Below are positions 22,425 to 35,704 of a stretch of DNA of 64,000 nt, one piece after another. The DNA comes from Geosiphon pyriformis uo1 (taxonomy: Eukaryota; Fungi; Glomeromycota), in NCBI GenBank assembly GCA_016748015.1, contig JAAOMT010000129.1:806001-870000 (forward strand). Direction: 5' to 3'. The position numbers were made by a program, and so were the translations under genes. The number at the start of each line of letters is the position of its first letter. Position 1 is the first letter of the stretch. Under the pieces are notes generated by a model. That model worked only from the letters and a program-made list of their open reading frames with translations. It was not told where the DNA came from and did no database searches.

Positions 22425-25400
22425 CCAAGTATACAACTACTGATTTCCACAATAAGCCAGTATACACAATTTCTATTAGCCATTGGAATGTAGCTGGAGC
22501 ATTGGTTAAGCCAAATGACATAACTTCAAACTCAAAGTTTCCCTCTTTTGTGGTGAACGCCATTTTTTCTTTGTTGGCTAGATCCATGGCTACTTGCCAG
22601 TAATCACTATTTAAGTCTAACATTGAAAACCATTTGTTTTCACCAAAAGCGTCGAATAGTTCTTGTATCTGTGGAGTTGGATAGCTGTCTCCATGAATTA
22701 CACTATTGAGTTTCTTGTAGTCTACACAAAATCGGATTTTTCCATTCTTCTTATGGATGAGTACTACTGGTGATGACTATGGACTCATTGATGGCTGAAT
22801 TAATACATTGTCAAGCATTCAGTTGATCTTTTGACAGATGATTTCATGGCTGGCTAATGGTACTCTATATGCTTGCTGTTTGATTGGCATTGTATCTCCA
22901 GTCTTAATTTGATGCTGGATAATATCAGTTCTGCCAAATTCATTTTCACTGGTGAAGATGTCATTGAAATTATTGAGTAACATCTTTAGTTGCATCTGTT
23001 AAAGTGGATCTAGATTTCCTATGTTCATCTGTTCAAATTGTTCTGACTATAACAGATAACATTCATTTTATCCATAGATAGTTTGTAATATAATGTCCAC
23101 ATATTCACAAAGCTGTAGAAAATCTGGAATGCTGCTTGGTGCTTGATCTTTAATTTCCATGATTAAATATCTAAGAGTGGTTCCTTTCAGTATCTCTACA
23201 ACATTTTTGGTGTTATTGTAGATGGGAATTTTAATATGGTTATGACTCTTGGCTGGTATGTGTAGATTAATAAATCCAATTTCTTCTGATTCACAAAGGG
23301 TTGCTTCTGCTTCAAAAATCTGTTCTTGCTCTTTCTCTCTCCTTTCTATTGCTAACATGTATCAGCTATATGGTGGAATAAAAATTGTTTGACCAGTTGA
23401 GATAATTTCTCTTTGGCCAATAATTTTTTCCTCCACCATATTGACTGGTACATCTATTCTACCCATTGATTCAAATCCCTATATCCCTCTTGCTGTTATT
23501 CCTAATTCTTTTTTATTTCTCACTGAAACTAACTGAGCTATTTTTACCAGAGGCAGGAATATTGCCTATGCTATTCTTGGCTCTATAACATAGGTCTTTT
23601 TTGAGTCATTTTGTAGCATAGCAATAATATTTCCTATATATTCTGCATCAATTATTTCTTCTCTAATGTTTATTTCCTTTTTCACTAAACTATTTCTAAA
23701 TGCTAATTGAACTATTGTTGTTGTTAGAATTTCCAGTACTATTTTTAGATTAATGCAAGTGCGCGAATGGAGTTCCAATTTGATGGCGTCCTTTTCTGAA
23801 TATCTCAGATCAAATTCTGCATCAGTATTATGCACCTGTTCTGACATGATACCTTCATTATTATTACTGAACCATTTCAGTTCTTGCTCTTTGGTGAGGT
23901 CAGAGAGTGCAATTTATTGTTTGTAGTTTGAATTAGAGTTTGAATTTGAGTTGAAATCATTGTCATAGCCATTTTGAATGAAGCTGGAACTGTTATTTTT
24001 ATTATCATCATTGTTGGAGTTTGAATTGGGATTGGAATTTGATTTCAATTTTGATGTGCAGTTGTTGATTAGTTTTTCTTCTTCAGGGATCATGTAGATC
24101 ATGCATGATGGTGGATTGTAGATAAGGTCACAATTATCACAGAATTGGAAGTCACATGAAATCAAACAGTGGTCACATAATCGGGTGTTGATTTCTTTTA
24201 AGTGTTGTTCTTGCTCTTCTTTTGTGGATGCTAAATTCTGATAGTGTTCATAAAATTTTTTTGGGCTGTTTTCTAAGTTAATAAAGACATCTGGATTGAG
24301 AACCAAAACAATGTCTGTTGGTTCTGGAGGGTTATTCTTGATCTCCAGAATTTCACTGGGCAAAGTGCCTTCTACTTTGGCGTTGGCCATTTGCTAGATT
24401 TTGTTCTTGTCATGTGGATAGCTGTCTAGGCAGGATATAGCTTGGTGCCATGCTGCTATGATGGGCATATCATGACTTACCCAGTCACTGATAAGGATTA
24501 TGTATTGGCATGAAGTGTCACACATTTCTTCTCAATTAGGAATGTTGTTCCACATTCCTTCATCGAGTAATTGTTCATCACAAGTGAGACATGGTTTATT
24601 ATCTCACTTGTCTTGTCTTTTTGGGTAGTTATATTGTTCCCTATGACAGAGCTTGCAATAGTAATGGATTCATGTTCAGTAGTTTTCATCTGGCACTACC
24701 CAAGCTCCTATTGAGGACAGTTTTTTCCCACAGTCTTTGCATTTGAGAGGTATATATGGTGGCTCTTTTATTGGTTCATGTAAGTATTCCTTTTCCCAGC
24801 CACTAGTTATTTCTTTTGCAGTGGTGGTTTTTTCAGGTATGTTTTCTTCCCTTCCTTTCCCTTTTTCTTTGTTCTTTTCTTCCCAATCTAGAATTGGTGG
24901 CATCTCACTTTGGTTGTTGTTGGTCCAAGTGTTGATGATGGCTTCCCAAGTAGGTTCTTCTTTTTGTTTCTCTTTTCTATTGTTGTTGTTGTTCCAGGCA
25001 AGTATTGGTGGCAGTTTGTTGTGGTTGACATCAGCCCATGAGACTTGGTATGCTTCCCAGATGGGTTTCACTTTTTCTTTCTCGAATTCGATAAGTGGTG
25101 TTAATGGCATGGTGATGGGCTTGAAGTGGCCACACATGGCTGGTACCTGTGTGTGTCAACTGTTCTGGCTAAGCTGGAGCTCTTGGGTGTTCCAATCTAG
25201 GGTTGCGTTGGTTTTGAACAGCCAGTTGTTCCCAACAAGTGCTTGGTATTGAGTGGCTTCCATGATGAGTACTTTGATTGGTACTATGATGCCATTGACT
25301 TCTATGAGAAAATTATCAATCTCTCCAATAGGTGTTTTGGTTGCTCTATCGGCTGTAATAATCCTGGTGCTGACAATATAATTAATTTGGCAACCTAATT

Positions 25401-27930
25401 GATCTATAAGTTGTTTTGTGATGATGCTGCCAGCTGATCCACTATTTAGGATTAATTTGATGGAGTGACCATCAACTTTTGCATCAGTGTACATTGTGGT
25501 GATGGGTTTCTTCTCAAGTACTGCTCTACTGAACAAAGGTGGGTTGATGGTTTTCTCCAATTCGAAAGGAAAGATGGCTGCAAGAGATTTGTTTTTGGTG
25601 ACTGTTGCTGATGAAATATTGTTAGTAAGTGTTGTTTGAGGTGGGTTGGATTCCGAGTTGTTGGTGGTGGCATCTTCTGGGATAACCAAGAGACTTAAAT
25701 AGTTCTGAGAATTCGAGTTTTGGGTGAAACCAGTACCTGGATTCTGCTGTCGAGAGCCTGATAGTTGGTGAGAGAAGCTGAGGATCAGTTGATAAACAAC
25801 TATTGCCGATCTCCAGTTTTGAGTGATTTTAGGTCTTGGGTTTCCTGATGTCATTTGAGTGGGGTTTTGAAGTGGTATTTGAATTGGTTGTTGAAGCTGA
25901 TAAATTATTTGGGGCTGTGGCTAATAAATTATTGGTGGCTGCAATTGATAAATTGGAGGTTAATATACTGGTGGTTGATAGATTGGTTGTTGCATCATTG
26001 GCAGGTAAGTGGTTTGATATTGGTCTTGATTCGAGTAGTGATTCTGAGTCTGAAATCTGCAATCAGGGTTTTGATATTGATTTCCCGATCATGAATTGTT
26101 GCTATAAAATTAACAGTCGACTTTAATGTGACTTTGTTTACCACAGTTGTGACAAACACGCATTTCTGACTGCCATGGCTGATTGGGTAATGATGATAAT
26201 GATGATGTTGATGGATGCGGCTGATTTTGGAAATAATTCATGTTTCCTAAATTATTGTGTCATTGTGGTAGTTAATAGATTACATGATTGTTAGCTAAAT
26301 ATCCCTCTAGTTTCTGATTGATTGTATCACTGAATTGTTTTAGTTTGGAATCCAAGTCAGATGATCTATTCATTACTAAATTTACAGCTTGGGCATGGTT
26401 GGCTTTTAGTTTGGCTGCTTCAAAATCTCTGGCATAGGTGATGGCAGTTGGGAGGTCCACTGAATGCATTGGACATACTCACTGAAAGATGCTACTGCAC
26501 AATCCTCTGATGAACTAGTTTAAGATCTGTGGTGCTGTAAAGTAATCAGCTTGAATTGTCTGAATTTGGCACAGATTTCTATGGAAGCATCCCAAGTAAG
26601 TGGTAACTGTTTTTGTGTCCCCTTGTTTGATGATGGTAAATGTGTTGGTCAAGTGATTAATACTATTGTTATTACTAAAGTATCTCAAGAATTCTGTTTT
26701 GAACTCATTGAAGGTTTGTGGTTTGGTGGCTAGGCTCTGATACCACAAGTCGGCAGTATCTTTGAGAAAATAGGGGATTGCTTGAAGAACTTTACTGTTG
26801 TTCTATCCATTGGCCACTATGGCTTTTTCAATATCATTGAGCCATATTTGGACATCGTCCTCTTCACTGGTAAAATTGTCAAGTTTTGTGATTGGTGCAT
26901 AAGCCATTAGATTTAAGTTGGATTGTTGTGGTGGTAGTTGAAGTGATTGTTGTTGCATGGGTTGTTGGGGTGGTAGTTAAAGTAGCGGTTGTATGGGTTC
27001 AGCTATTGGATTAATCGGTGGTTGATTGATGACGATTACTGGAGGTAAGTTTTGTTGATTTATTAAATCAGGGTTTCAATTATCCTGAGTTGGTGGTGTC
27101 TGAATATTCGGAGTTTCAATTTCTGGATTTTTTGGGTTTAGATTTTGCTGGGTTTAAAGATTTGGGTTTTCAAATTCTGGATTTTCAGTGATCAGGTTCT
27201 GGTAAGTGAATTCTTAATCTTCAGCTTCTTTTTCTTCCTCTTTTTCTGATTCTGTTACTTCCCACAGATCAGAAATTCTGAAATCTGGGGGAGACAGTGG
27301 TGATTGAAGTCCTGATGGCATTGATGATCACGAGTTAAATCCTTCAAAATACATGCCATATGGTCCTAATAATTCTGCTTTCCTTTGTTTACTTTGGAAT
27401 GGAAATTATCCAAATGCTGATGTTATGTTTGATGTGGCCGTGCCAGTAGATGTAATATTAATAGTGCTTCTGGGTGTATAGTGGTATAATAGATTAGTTG
27501 GGGACTCAACTCTTGTTTTCTTCCAAGTAGGTGGTTGTATTCTTTTGGATATTACTGCTAGTGTTTGCAGTTTTCCTTTGTTTTTGCTCACGTAAGTAAT
27601 GGGGTATCTTTACTATGTGTGGTGTTTAATTTCTTTGTTGATTTCTGTGATAATGAAGGTGAAATTGTGATTTGTTGGCAGGTTGGTATTTTGAATTAAT
27701 TCACTGTAAAAGGCTTCTCTTGCTGATTTAATATTTACTGGTGTTCCTAACAGATAGGCAATTTTTTTATTAATGTAGAAATTAAAAGCTAATTTCGCTG
27801 ATATGTGGTTGTGATTTAATCTCAAATGTTGACAGTAGTGTTGAAATAAGAATTTTGCGAATCCTAGATGGTTTGCTCTTATGTTTTCTGATTTGTCACT
27901 TTTTAGATTTGTGTTGGTGCTGGTTCTCTG
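22425..27930 (-). pseudogene. Element A gag-PR-Cys-rich-dUTPase-RT(N-terminal half) polyprotein, disrupted; start approximate
   Basis: MAYAPITKLDNF..WLNDIEKA..IPYFL; CHNCGKQSHIKVDC; LILNSGSAGS; CKDC etc.; DAEFDL..IIDAEY; RFCVDYK..MSFGL..VVVYL cut by element B. Confidence 0.9.
23460..23860 (-). pseudogene. dUTPase domain in element A
   Basis: DAEFDL, AFRNS, IIDAEYIGNI, IA*A, ARGI*GFESMG (decayed motifs I-V). Confidence 0.85.
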
Positions 27931-27940
27931 TAGGATTATA

Positions 27941-27959
27941 CTTCACAGAAAACACCAAA
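27941..27959 (-). promoter_or_regulatory. Primer-binding site of element A
   Basis: TT-TGGTGTTTTCTGTGAAG directly after the 5' LTR. Confidence 0.75.
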
Positions 27960-28805
27960 TGTTACAGGTGACTACTTCTGGTGTTGGATTAAATAACAAA
28001 CCCATAACTTGGTGCTCAAATCTAGTTGCAATTGATAGTAATCTGAAGATTTATGTCTAAAAGATTTGTATCCAAAGGGTTTGGTTGAGTTCTTTGTATA
28101 ATAAACAGAGATTCAATGGTAATAGTTTTATCTGTAGCTTTCCGAAACCACAGTTTCATCAATTTTTTTCTCAGCTTGATGGCCAGTATTCTTCCTGGTA
28201 AGCTATCCTCAATTGAGTGTTCTACTTTTATTTCTGAGTCTTTTACCAGTTATGTTTATCCTGACATCAGTACCCTATGCATTAATCCTCAATAGAGTTA
28301 GTAAACAACAATAAAATCAAAGCAAAAAATAAAGAAAAAAAAAGAAAATAAAGAAAAAAAAGAAATAAGCCAAGGCGATTTGCAAGTTAGTATTCTGTTA
28401 ATAGCTGTGATCAAGAGCTATTGTTCTAGTGTGATTAAGTATTAATTACTATCAACATGAAGTGTTGATAGTGATAGCAAGTTTGAGATAACAAACAGTT
28501 ATTTATTTGTGGTTTGGAAAGTTGTCTAGAGGAAATCTAAACTAAGAGGTCTGTCTTTTTAGCTTCTAATTCTACTGCTATATATACATAATTGAAATTC
28601 CTCAATTCCTCAATTCTTCACAACAGAAATCCTGCAATTCTTTTGAAAGGAATTCTGGAATCCTGCAATTTCTTATGAGAATTCTATAATTCCTGGAATC
28701 CTGCAATTTCTGAGAAGAATCCTGGAATTTCACATTTTACTATGTCTACTTTTGATTGGTTAATAACTATGCTAATATATATTCCCTATATTTCTATAAG
28801 TAACA
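27960..28805 (-). repeat. Family A 5' LTR
   Basis: TGTTACAGG...AAGTAACA; pairs with 9174-10024. Confidence 0.95.
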
Positions 28806-28942
28806 ATGTATACTAAAACTTTCTCTTGTCGATCCCCTAACTATAATGAGAGCATTTGTATTGCCAAAGATTTAGCTTTTTCTTTTTCCCTTCCCCCTTA
28901 TTATCTTTAGTTATTTCTTCTAATGTACCCTATTTTGTTGTG

Positions 28943-30889
28943 ATGGATCCAGTAGACTCTTTTGCTAGTGATTTTGGTACTAGTTCGGCTGGGTTGGAAT
29001 CCCAGTCTGGAACTAAAAAGAAAGTGCACCTTGAGAGTATCTATGCTTAGAATCCTTTGTACAAAAAATTGAAAAAACCTGTTGCTACTAGAGTTGTGGT
29101 AGACTGGTCAGCTGAATCTATTCCTGGAAACATTTTACAGACAGACTGTAGTAAACACAAGGTGTCTTAAGGCAGTGAGGTTAAGAGTAAAGATACCAGT
29201 ATTAGTAGGGTGTCTGATATTGGGAACATGGACAACATGATGGCTGAAAAGACTAGTTATGTGGATTCTAATGCTTCTGAGACTGACAATATGGTGGACG
29301 ATATGATGCCTAGAAAAACATGAACAAGGACCTACGTTTTGGGACCACTGCCAAAAACACCTTCCTTCAAAAACTTGAGTGACAACAATACTGAGTTGGT
29401 GCTTCTTAAACCTAAATTTGCTGGATCCAATTGGCTGCCATTAGCCAAATCACGTGTTTCAAAAAGTTGTAGCTTTGAGCCAGTAAGATCGTTCACTTTG
29501 GACGTGAATTTGGCTGCTGTGTCTGGAAAGACTAATGGTGATAAATTAATGGCAGTAAAAAAAATTTTTTATTGAATTGATGGTTTTGGGGAAGTATCGA
29601 CTCCCTCAAAATTTCCTAAGATCATCAGATTTTCCTTCACGTCCAAATTAAGTCTGAAAAAGACTAGAAAATTGGCAATTTATGAGAATATTGTGATAAA
29701 TGATAATGTTAGACAGGTAAACAAACATTCAGATTGGGTAATTGTTGTTAAGGAAATTCTGATCGATCTTCCCAAATTGGCTGTGGAATCTGTTTTCTCT
29801 AAGTTTGGAAAGATTGTATCAATTAAGATGTAATTGATTGGCTTGTGGCAAAAAGCTTTAGTGAAGTTTGAATTGTCTGAGATAGCTGATTTGGTCACAG
29901 CTAAATGGTCAGTTTACATGGAAAAGAATTCTGTTCATGTGATGAAAGCTGTTGATGACAAACATTTGTGGGTTTCCAGGAATCTACATTGGGCATTGCT
30001 CTATATTCTTCCAGTTAGTACAACAGCTCATAATCTTTTGGATTTGTTGAAATTATATGTGTTTCATTAGCCGTAATCCCATTTCATATGTGCATAATAA
30101 ATGTGCAATTGTGTGTTTTGTTGATGAGGCATCCAAATTGGCTGCTATTGGTTCCACTCTGGTGTTTAAGGGTGTGAATTTGTGCTGGACTGGCCTTTCT
30201 TTGGCCTGTTGTGCTCATTGCAAACAGTTTGGTCATATCTTTACAGGGTGTTTGTTGGGTAAGAATTCTGGTGCTCATAGTAAGTGAGTGGTAACTCCTC
30301 AGGATTGGATCCATTTGGCAAACATATATAAAAAAAAGCAGGTACCAATTGTTTGTCCAGTTTCTTTTGGTGGAAAAACTTGGGCCCAGGTGGCTGGTAG
30401 TTCTTCTTTTCATGAGATTTTGTCAAATTTTTCTGGTGTTGGTTTATCTACAAGTGCAAAATCTGTCTCATTGGTTTCTAACCCTTTTGGTGATTCCTAT
30501 TTGGCTGAATGATTGGCTTCTCTGGAATGTTCTTTGGAGTTTTGGTGGACCAGGTTTCAGATATTTTGAAAAAATTGAGTTTTGTGGAATTGGTGCCTCT
30601 GGCATCTAGTTCCCATGTATCTCTTTCAGTCACTGTTGTATCTGTTACAACTGATGGAGATTCAGATATGACTCTTGATGTTGCAACGGTGTCTCTTTTT
30701 TCTCTTCTTTCAGCTGTTGCTAATTCAGTTGCTGGCCTAAACTCAAGTAGTTCCAAAGTTCTGACCACCAAAGTGGGTGGATTAGAGTCCAAGATGGTGG
30801 CTTTGGAGGTGTCAGTTGAATCTGTTTTGAAAAGATTGGATTGTTTGTGTTCAAGATTTGGTTTGTCAACCTCTTTTGCTCCTCAATAA
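28943..30889 (+). pseudogene. LINE ORF1, disrupted
   Basis: MDPVDS..; CAHCKQFGHIFTGC; KVLTTKVGGLESK. Confidence 0.85.
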
Positions 30890-33800
30890 GTGACTTCATA
30901 TGGAAATTCATGATGTGTAATGTTTGTGGTATCAATGTCCCTGCCAAGCAAGAAGACATTATCTGTTGGCATAGAGATTCTGGGAATTTGGTTTCGATAA
31001 TTACAGAAACTAAGCTGAAGTCTAACAACAGATCTTGGATTAGGAACAGGTTTGATGGTGTTAAGGTTTTTTTATCTGGGTTGGATAAGAGCTTTCTTGG
31101 TGCTGGAGTTGCAATCATTATGGACACTTCTCTGGCTCGTCATGTTAGTAAAGTTTCTAAGGTGCTGGATTGGCTCCTTTCAGTTAAGCTGTTATTCAAA
31201 AATAAACTTTCAGTGTTGATTTTGGGGCTTTATGTGGAGATGTCTCTGGCTGTTTGTTTTTCTCAGTTTAATGATATCAATTCTATGATAGCTAGGGCAG
31301 TCAATGAATCATTTTTTGTGGTTTTGGGTGGTAACTTCAATGAAGATGGCTCCAAAAGGTGTGCTAGTTTCAAAAAATGTTTAGATCTTGGTTTGGTCAA
31401 TTCTTTGAGTAGTAGTTTTTATGTTAAAAAACCCACATAGGCTAACTCTTGGGGCATGGCTAAGATTATCAATTTTTTGTTTGTTTCTTTAAACTTGGTT
31501 AATGCTGTGGTGAAACACGAAGTGTTAGATATTGGTGAATTTTTTGATACTGATTATCAGGCTGTTTTTATGTCTGTGGATTTGGGTAGGCTTTTGGATA
31601 AGCAGTTGAACTCTATCCGCAAGCAAGCAAACAGGAACCAGTAGAAATTTGATTTCAAAGGTGCTGATGTCAATAAGTTGGAAAAATTTAAAAATGCCAC
31701 ATCAGCCAATGCTGGAATGCTCTCTAATGAGTTTGATGTTGCTGTCAAGCACTTGGACCTGGATGCTATGTGAGATGTTTTGTGCAAGATAATAACACTT
31801 TTAGCAAATGAGATATTTAGAAAGAAGTGATTCAAGAATTTTGACAGTGTGTTCACCAAAGTTTCTTCAAAGTTTCATAAGTTGAAGCTTTTGGTTTCGA
31901 AAATCATCAAGGCCTCTTGTAAAGAAAATGTTGCTAGTTTTGTTTCCCTTATGAAGTGCTGAAATTCTATGAACAGTATCAAAGCTTCAATTGTTTAGGA
32001 TCTCATTGACTTTGGTGCAGCCCCTAGTCATATTTATTCTGCTCTCTCTGGCATTAGGAAGTCTTATTATGCATCCAAGCTTGCTGAATCTTTGGCAGCT
32101 AAGGAAGTGAACATTAGGGCTGCTATAGGTAAGAGGATGGAAAGTTTTGAAACAAATAAAAATCATATTATTAGAAGTGTTCTGGAGCACTCTTTCTGCA
32201 AGGTGGTTCTGGACCATCTGGTGGTTGATAATGAGCTTATTTTGGAGCCTGATTTAGTTAAGTCTAAGGTAAATGTTATTATGAAAGATTGAACCAGGAA
32301 GCATGATGTGGTTGTTAATGTTTCTGATGTTTGGTTTCGTCAATATTGGCCATTGGACTATGTTTTTGATGAAACCTTTTCTGGTGTTATGCATTCAGTC
32401 GAGTTAAGTGAGTTGCTTAATGTGATTTCTAATATGTCTAATGGCAAAGCTGCTGGTCTTTCAGGTATTACAAACAAGCTTTGAAAGCATTGTGACAAGT
32501 CAATTCTGGATATGCTTTTGGTGCTTTTGAACCTTTGCTTATCTTCCAAATCAGTACTCAGATTTTGAGTGGAAGCTTGAGTCTCAATAATTCCTAAACC
32601 TTATGAGTGGGAGAGTGTTTTCACAAATACCTGCTCTATTGTTTTAATTGAAACAGTTCGTAAGATCCTTTCCAAGATCCTTTCCAATAAGATTTCTTTG
32701 GCATGCAGCTCTTTTGACATTCTTCATGGAGACAATTTTTCAGTTTTAAAAAATACAACAATTCAGTCTCCTATTTTTGCTGTTGGATCAGTAATTAAGG
32801 ATGTGTTGAATAAGAATCGAGAACTCTGGTTGGTTTTACAGGATATACGGAAAGCATACAATTCAGTTGGCTGGGAGCATCTCGAAAAATGTTTGGTCAA
32901 GATCAAAATATATGGCAAGTTCATTCAGTTTTTCAGTAGTATTTATAAAAATTGCACCAACAGGGTGATGACAGACTTTGGGCTGACAAATAGTTATTGT
33001 GTATATGATGGTTTGGATCAAAAGGAGGTTTTTTTTCTTCTTCTGTAGTGTATATTTTATGATTCTCTACTATGCAAAGTCAAGAGACAAGAAAGTGTAT
33101 GTGGTTATAGGTTAAGTTCTCATTTTATTTCAAGGAATGGTTGTGCTGAGTCAAGAGCTGGGCTCTCTTTTTTTTTTGCTGCTGGTGCTTTTGTTGATAA
33201 TACAATTTGGGTTAGTAGTAGTCAGGCAGCTACTCAACACATTCTAGATGTTGCAAGTGAATTTTTTCGGATAAATGATATTTCTATCAATAATAACAAG
33301 ACAGTGGTCATTCCTATTAATAGCAGAGTCAGCATTCCTTCTCTTTCTATCAGTAGCTTACCAATCTCTATTGCCAAAAAGGGTGAATTTCATCAATATT
33401 TGGGTATTTTTCTATCAACTAAAGGTCTCTCAAAGCCTAACTTGGCGAAGACAAATTTAGATGTTCATTTTTTTACCAATCTAGTTCTGAAAAAAGCTGT
33501 CTCAGATAAGCAGTTCTTATATTTGGTGTTGGTGGTTCTTCATCTTATAGTTAGTTATAGGATTCAGTTTAGCTTTGTTCCCATTGATACATGTAACAAA
33601 TAGAATGCCTTGATTCATAGGGGCTTGAAATTTAAATTCAGCCTATCTTTTGATTTTTCTAGTGATATAATTCATTACCCTTTCTTTTATGGTTTGAAAT
33701 CTTTCTCTCAAGTTCAGTCTGAAAGCAAAGTGGTCTTTCTTGTTAGTTTTGTAAATTTGGGTGGTGTCTTGGAATGTTTGTTCTCTCACAGGTCCCATGA

Positions 33801-35574
33801 CTTGCAGGTTTTGTGCTGGCGCCCTGTTCATCCATTGAGTTTTCCTGTGTGTATTTGTGTCAGTGCTTCCAATAACTTTCTGGCAGGCATGGTTCACATT
33901 CTTCTTGATTGCAGTTTGTCTCTGGGTGGCTCTTTGGCCAACTCCTTTCAGTTTTGTGGTGGGGTTCCTATGTCTGCTGTTTTAGATGAGTTACAGTTTC
34001 TCAGGTTTTTTTCCTCTCTCTAATGGTATGGTGTTGTCTTTGTGGATCAACTTTGTGATTGTTATAATTCTGTCTTTGATTGGTACATCTTTAAGTGTTG
34101 GAAAAGATTAGACCTTCATGGCCCTGTTCCTGAATGGTTTAAGCTTTCTGTTACATTTCTCATTGGTGGAGGTTTTTTTTTCCCTCATCTTTCAGTTTCA
34201 GATGGAGTTGGTTCTTTGAACATTCTTGAATCTAGTGATTTTGTTTCTATTTGTGATCATTTCTTGCAAGTTAGTACTGACAATTTGTCAGTATATACGA
34301 ATGGGTTCCTTAGTAATTTGGGCTCAGTTGGTTGTAGAGCTGGCACCACTGCATTTTTTGAGGACATTGGTTTGGGTTTGGGTGTCAGTGTGTCGGATTT
34401 GATGTCATTTACTTTGGTAGAGTTGCAGACTATTGTGCTGGCTCTGGAGAGTGTTCTCCCACTAAGCTCTGTTAATCTGTTTTTGGATAGTCAATCTGCT
34501 CTGGATGTCTATAAGTCTGAATTAGGTCTAGCATGTCCTGACTTTCATAATTAGTGCTGGATCGAATGTCATCATATTGTCAATGTTATTCACAGTAAGA
34601 ATTTGAAGGTCAGCTGGCATAAGGTTAAAGGCCACTTTGGCATTTTTGGGAATGAGCATACTAATGCAATTACTGGTGATGCTTTTCTTTCTAATTGGTA
34701 TCTTCTTTATCACTTGGGTAAACACTTCATAATGGCTGATGATAGTGTGGTTTCTGGCAATTCCAGACATTTTGTACGTAATGTTTATCATTTGGTTTGT
34801 TGTGTACACTGAGAGGTTGGTTCTGGTTCCAAGTTTTTGACAGGTGGTTTGCTCTCTAAGGTTAACTGGCTCCGTTCATCTTTGGTTTGGCACTCTGACT
34901 TGCATATGGCTGCTGGTTTTACCAGCAAACCTTTGGCTAATGCCCACTCTTATTTCATGAAGGCTTTGTACTACCAGCTGTCAGTTGTCATTCAGAAGCA
35001 CCTTTATAATAGACTGTATTCAAGTGTATTATGCTTATATTGTGGCAATGTAAAGGCATCAAATTATGTATTCTCTTGTAGAATTGATAATTTTGTCTGA
35101 TGTTTGTTGTTGAAATTCTATGTGGACTCCTGGAAGGTGATTTCTGGTTTTTTTCATTCTTTTTCAGACATTCTACAACTGTTGTTTTCATGTATCTCTG
35201 ACTTTTTTTTGTCTATGGCTCTTTATAAGGGTTTTGTTTTTAATGATTGGTTTTACGAGACGGTCACTATCTTTTATGATTCCAAAGTTGCTGGTTTGGA
35301 GATTGTTAAATTTGTGCATTCTCTTAGTCTTAATTTTAGAAGTAATGTCTGGTCAGTTTGTGTTAAACATTGTGCATATATGGAGAAATATGGGTTAATT
35401 CCCCTTGATGGTTTGATTTCCGTCTCAGTTTCTGGTTTGACTTTTGGGTTGTTAGCTGAGGTGGTCAAATTGCTTGGTATTGCTGATGCTTTTGGTGTTC
35501 ATTTTGGTTTTCGCAAATCTTGTTTGTTTTTTTCAGGTATATGTAATTCAGTTTCAGTTCACATAGCTGTGTAG
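30886..35574 (+). pseudogene. LINE ORF2 (APE-RT-RNase H-CCHC), disrupted
   Basis: CNVCGIN, ETK, GNFN; LQDIRKAYNSV; AFVDNTIW; VYTNG..DSQS..KVKGH..NEH; CLYC. Confidence 0.9.
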
Positions 35575-35704
35575 TGTTGTTCTGATTAGCCCGAGTGGCT
35601 GGCCATGTGTAGAAAGTGCATGATTTACACCTAGTTTAGATCAATTCTTTGATATATAGCACTAGGTAGTGTTTGAATCTCACTCATAAAGCAAATAAAA
35701 AAAA

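Larger units (their letters stand above)
9174..28805 (-). mobile_element. Ty3/Gypsy LTR retrotransposon, family A (dUTPase-bearing, with ORF3); contains nested element B
   Basis: Paired ~850-bp LTRs TGTTA...GTAACA; 4-bp TSD ATGT at 9170-9173 and 28806-28809; PBS and PPT; gag-PR-dUT-RT-RH-IN order. Confidence 0.95.
28819..35704 (+). mobile_element. Full-length decayed LINE with RNase H, copy 2
   Basis: Same 5' end, ORF layout and 3' UTR as copy 1; A-tail at ~35692-35704. Confidence 0.93.
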
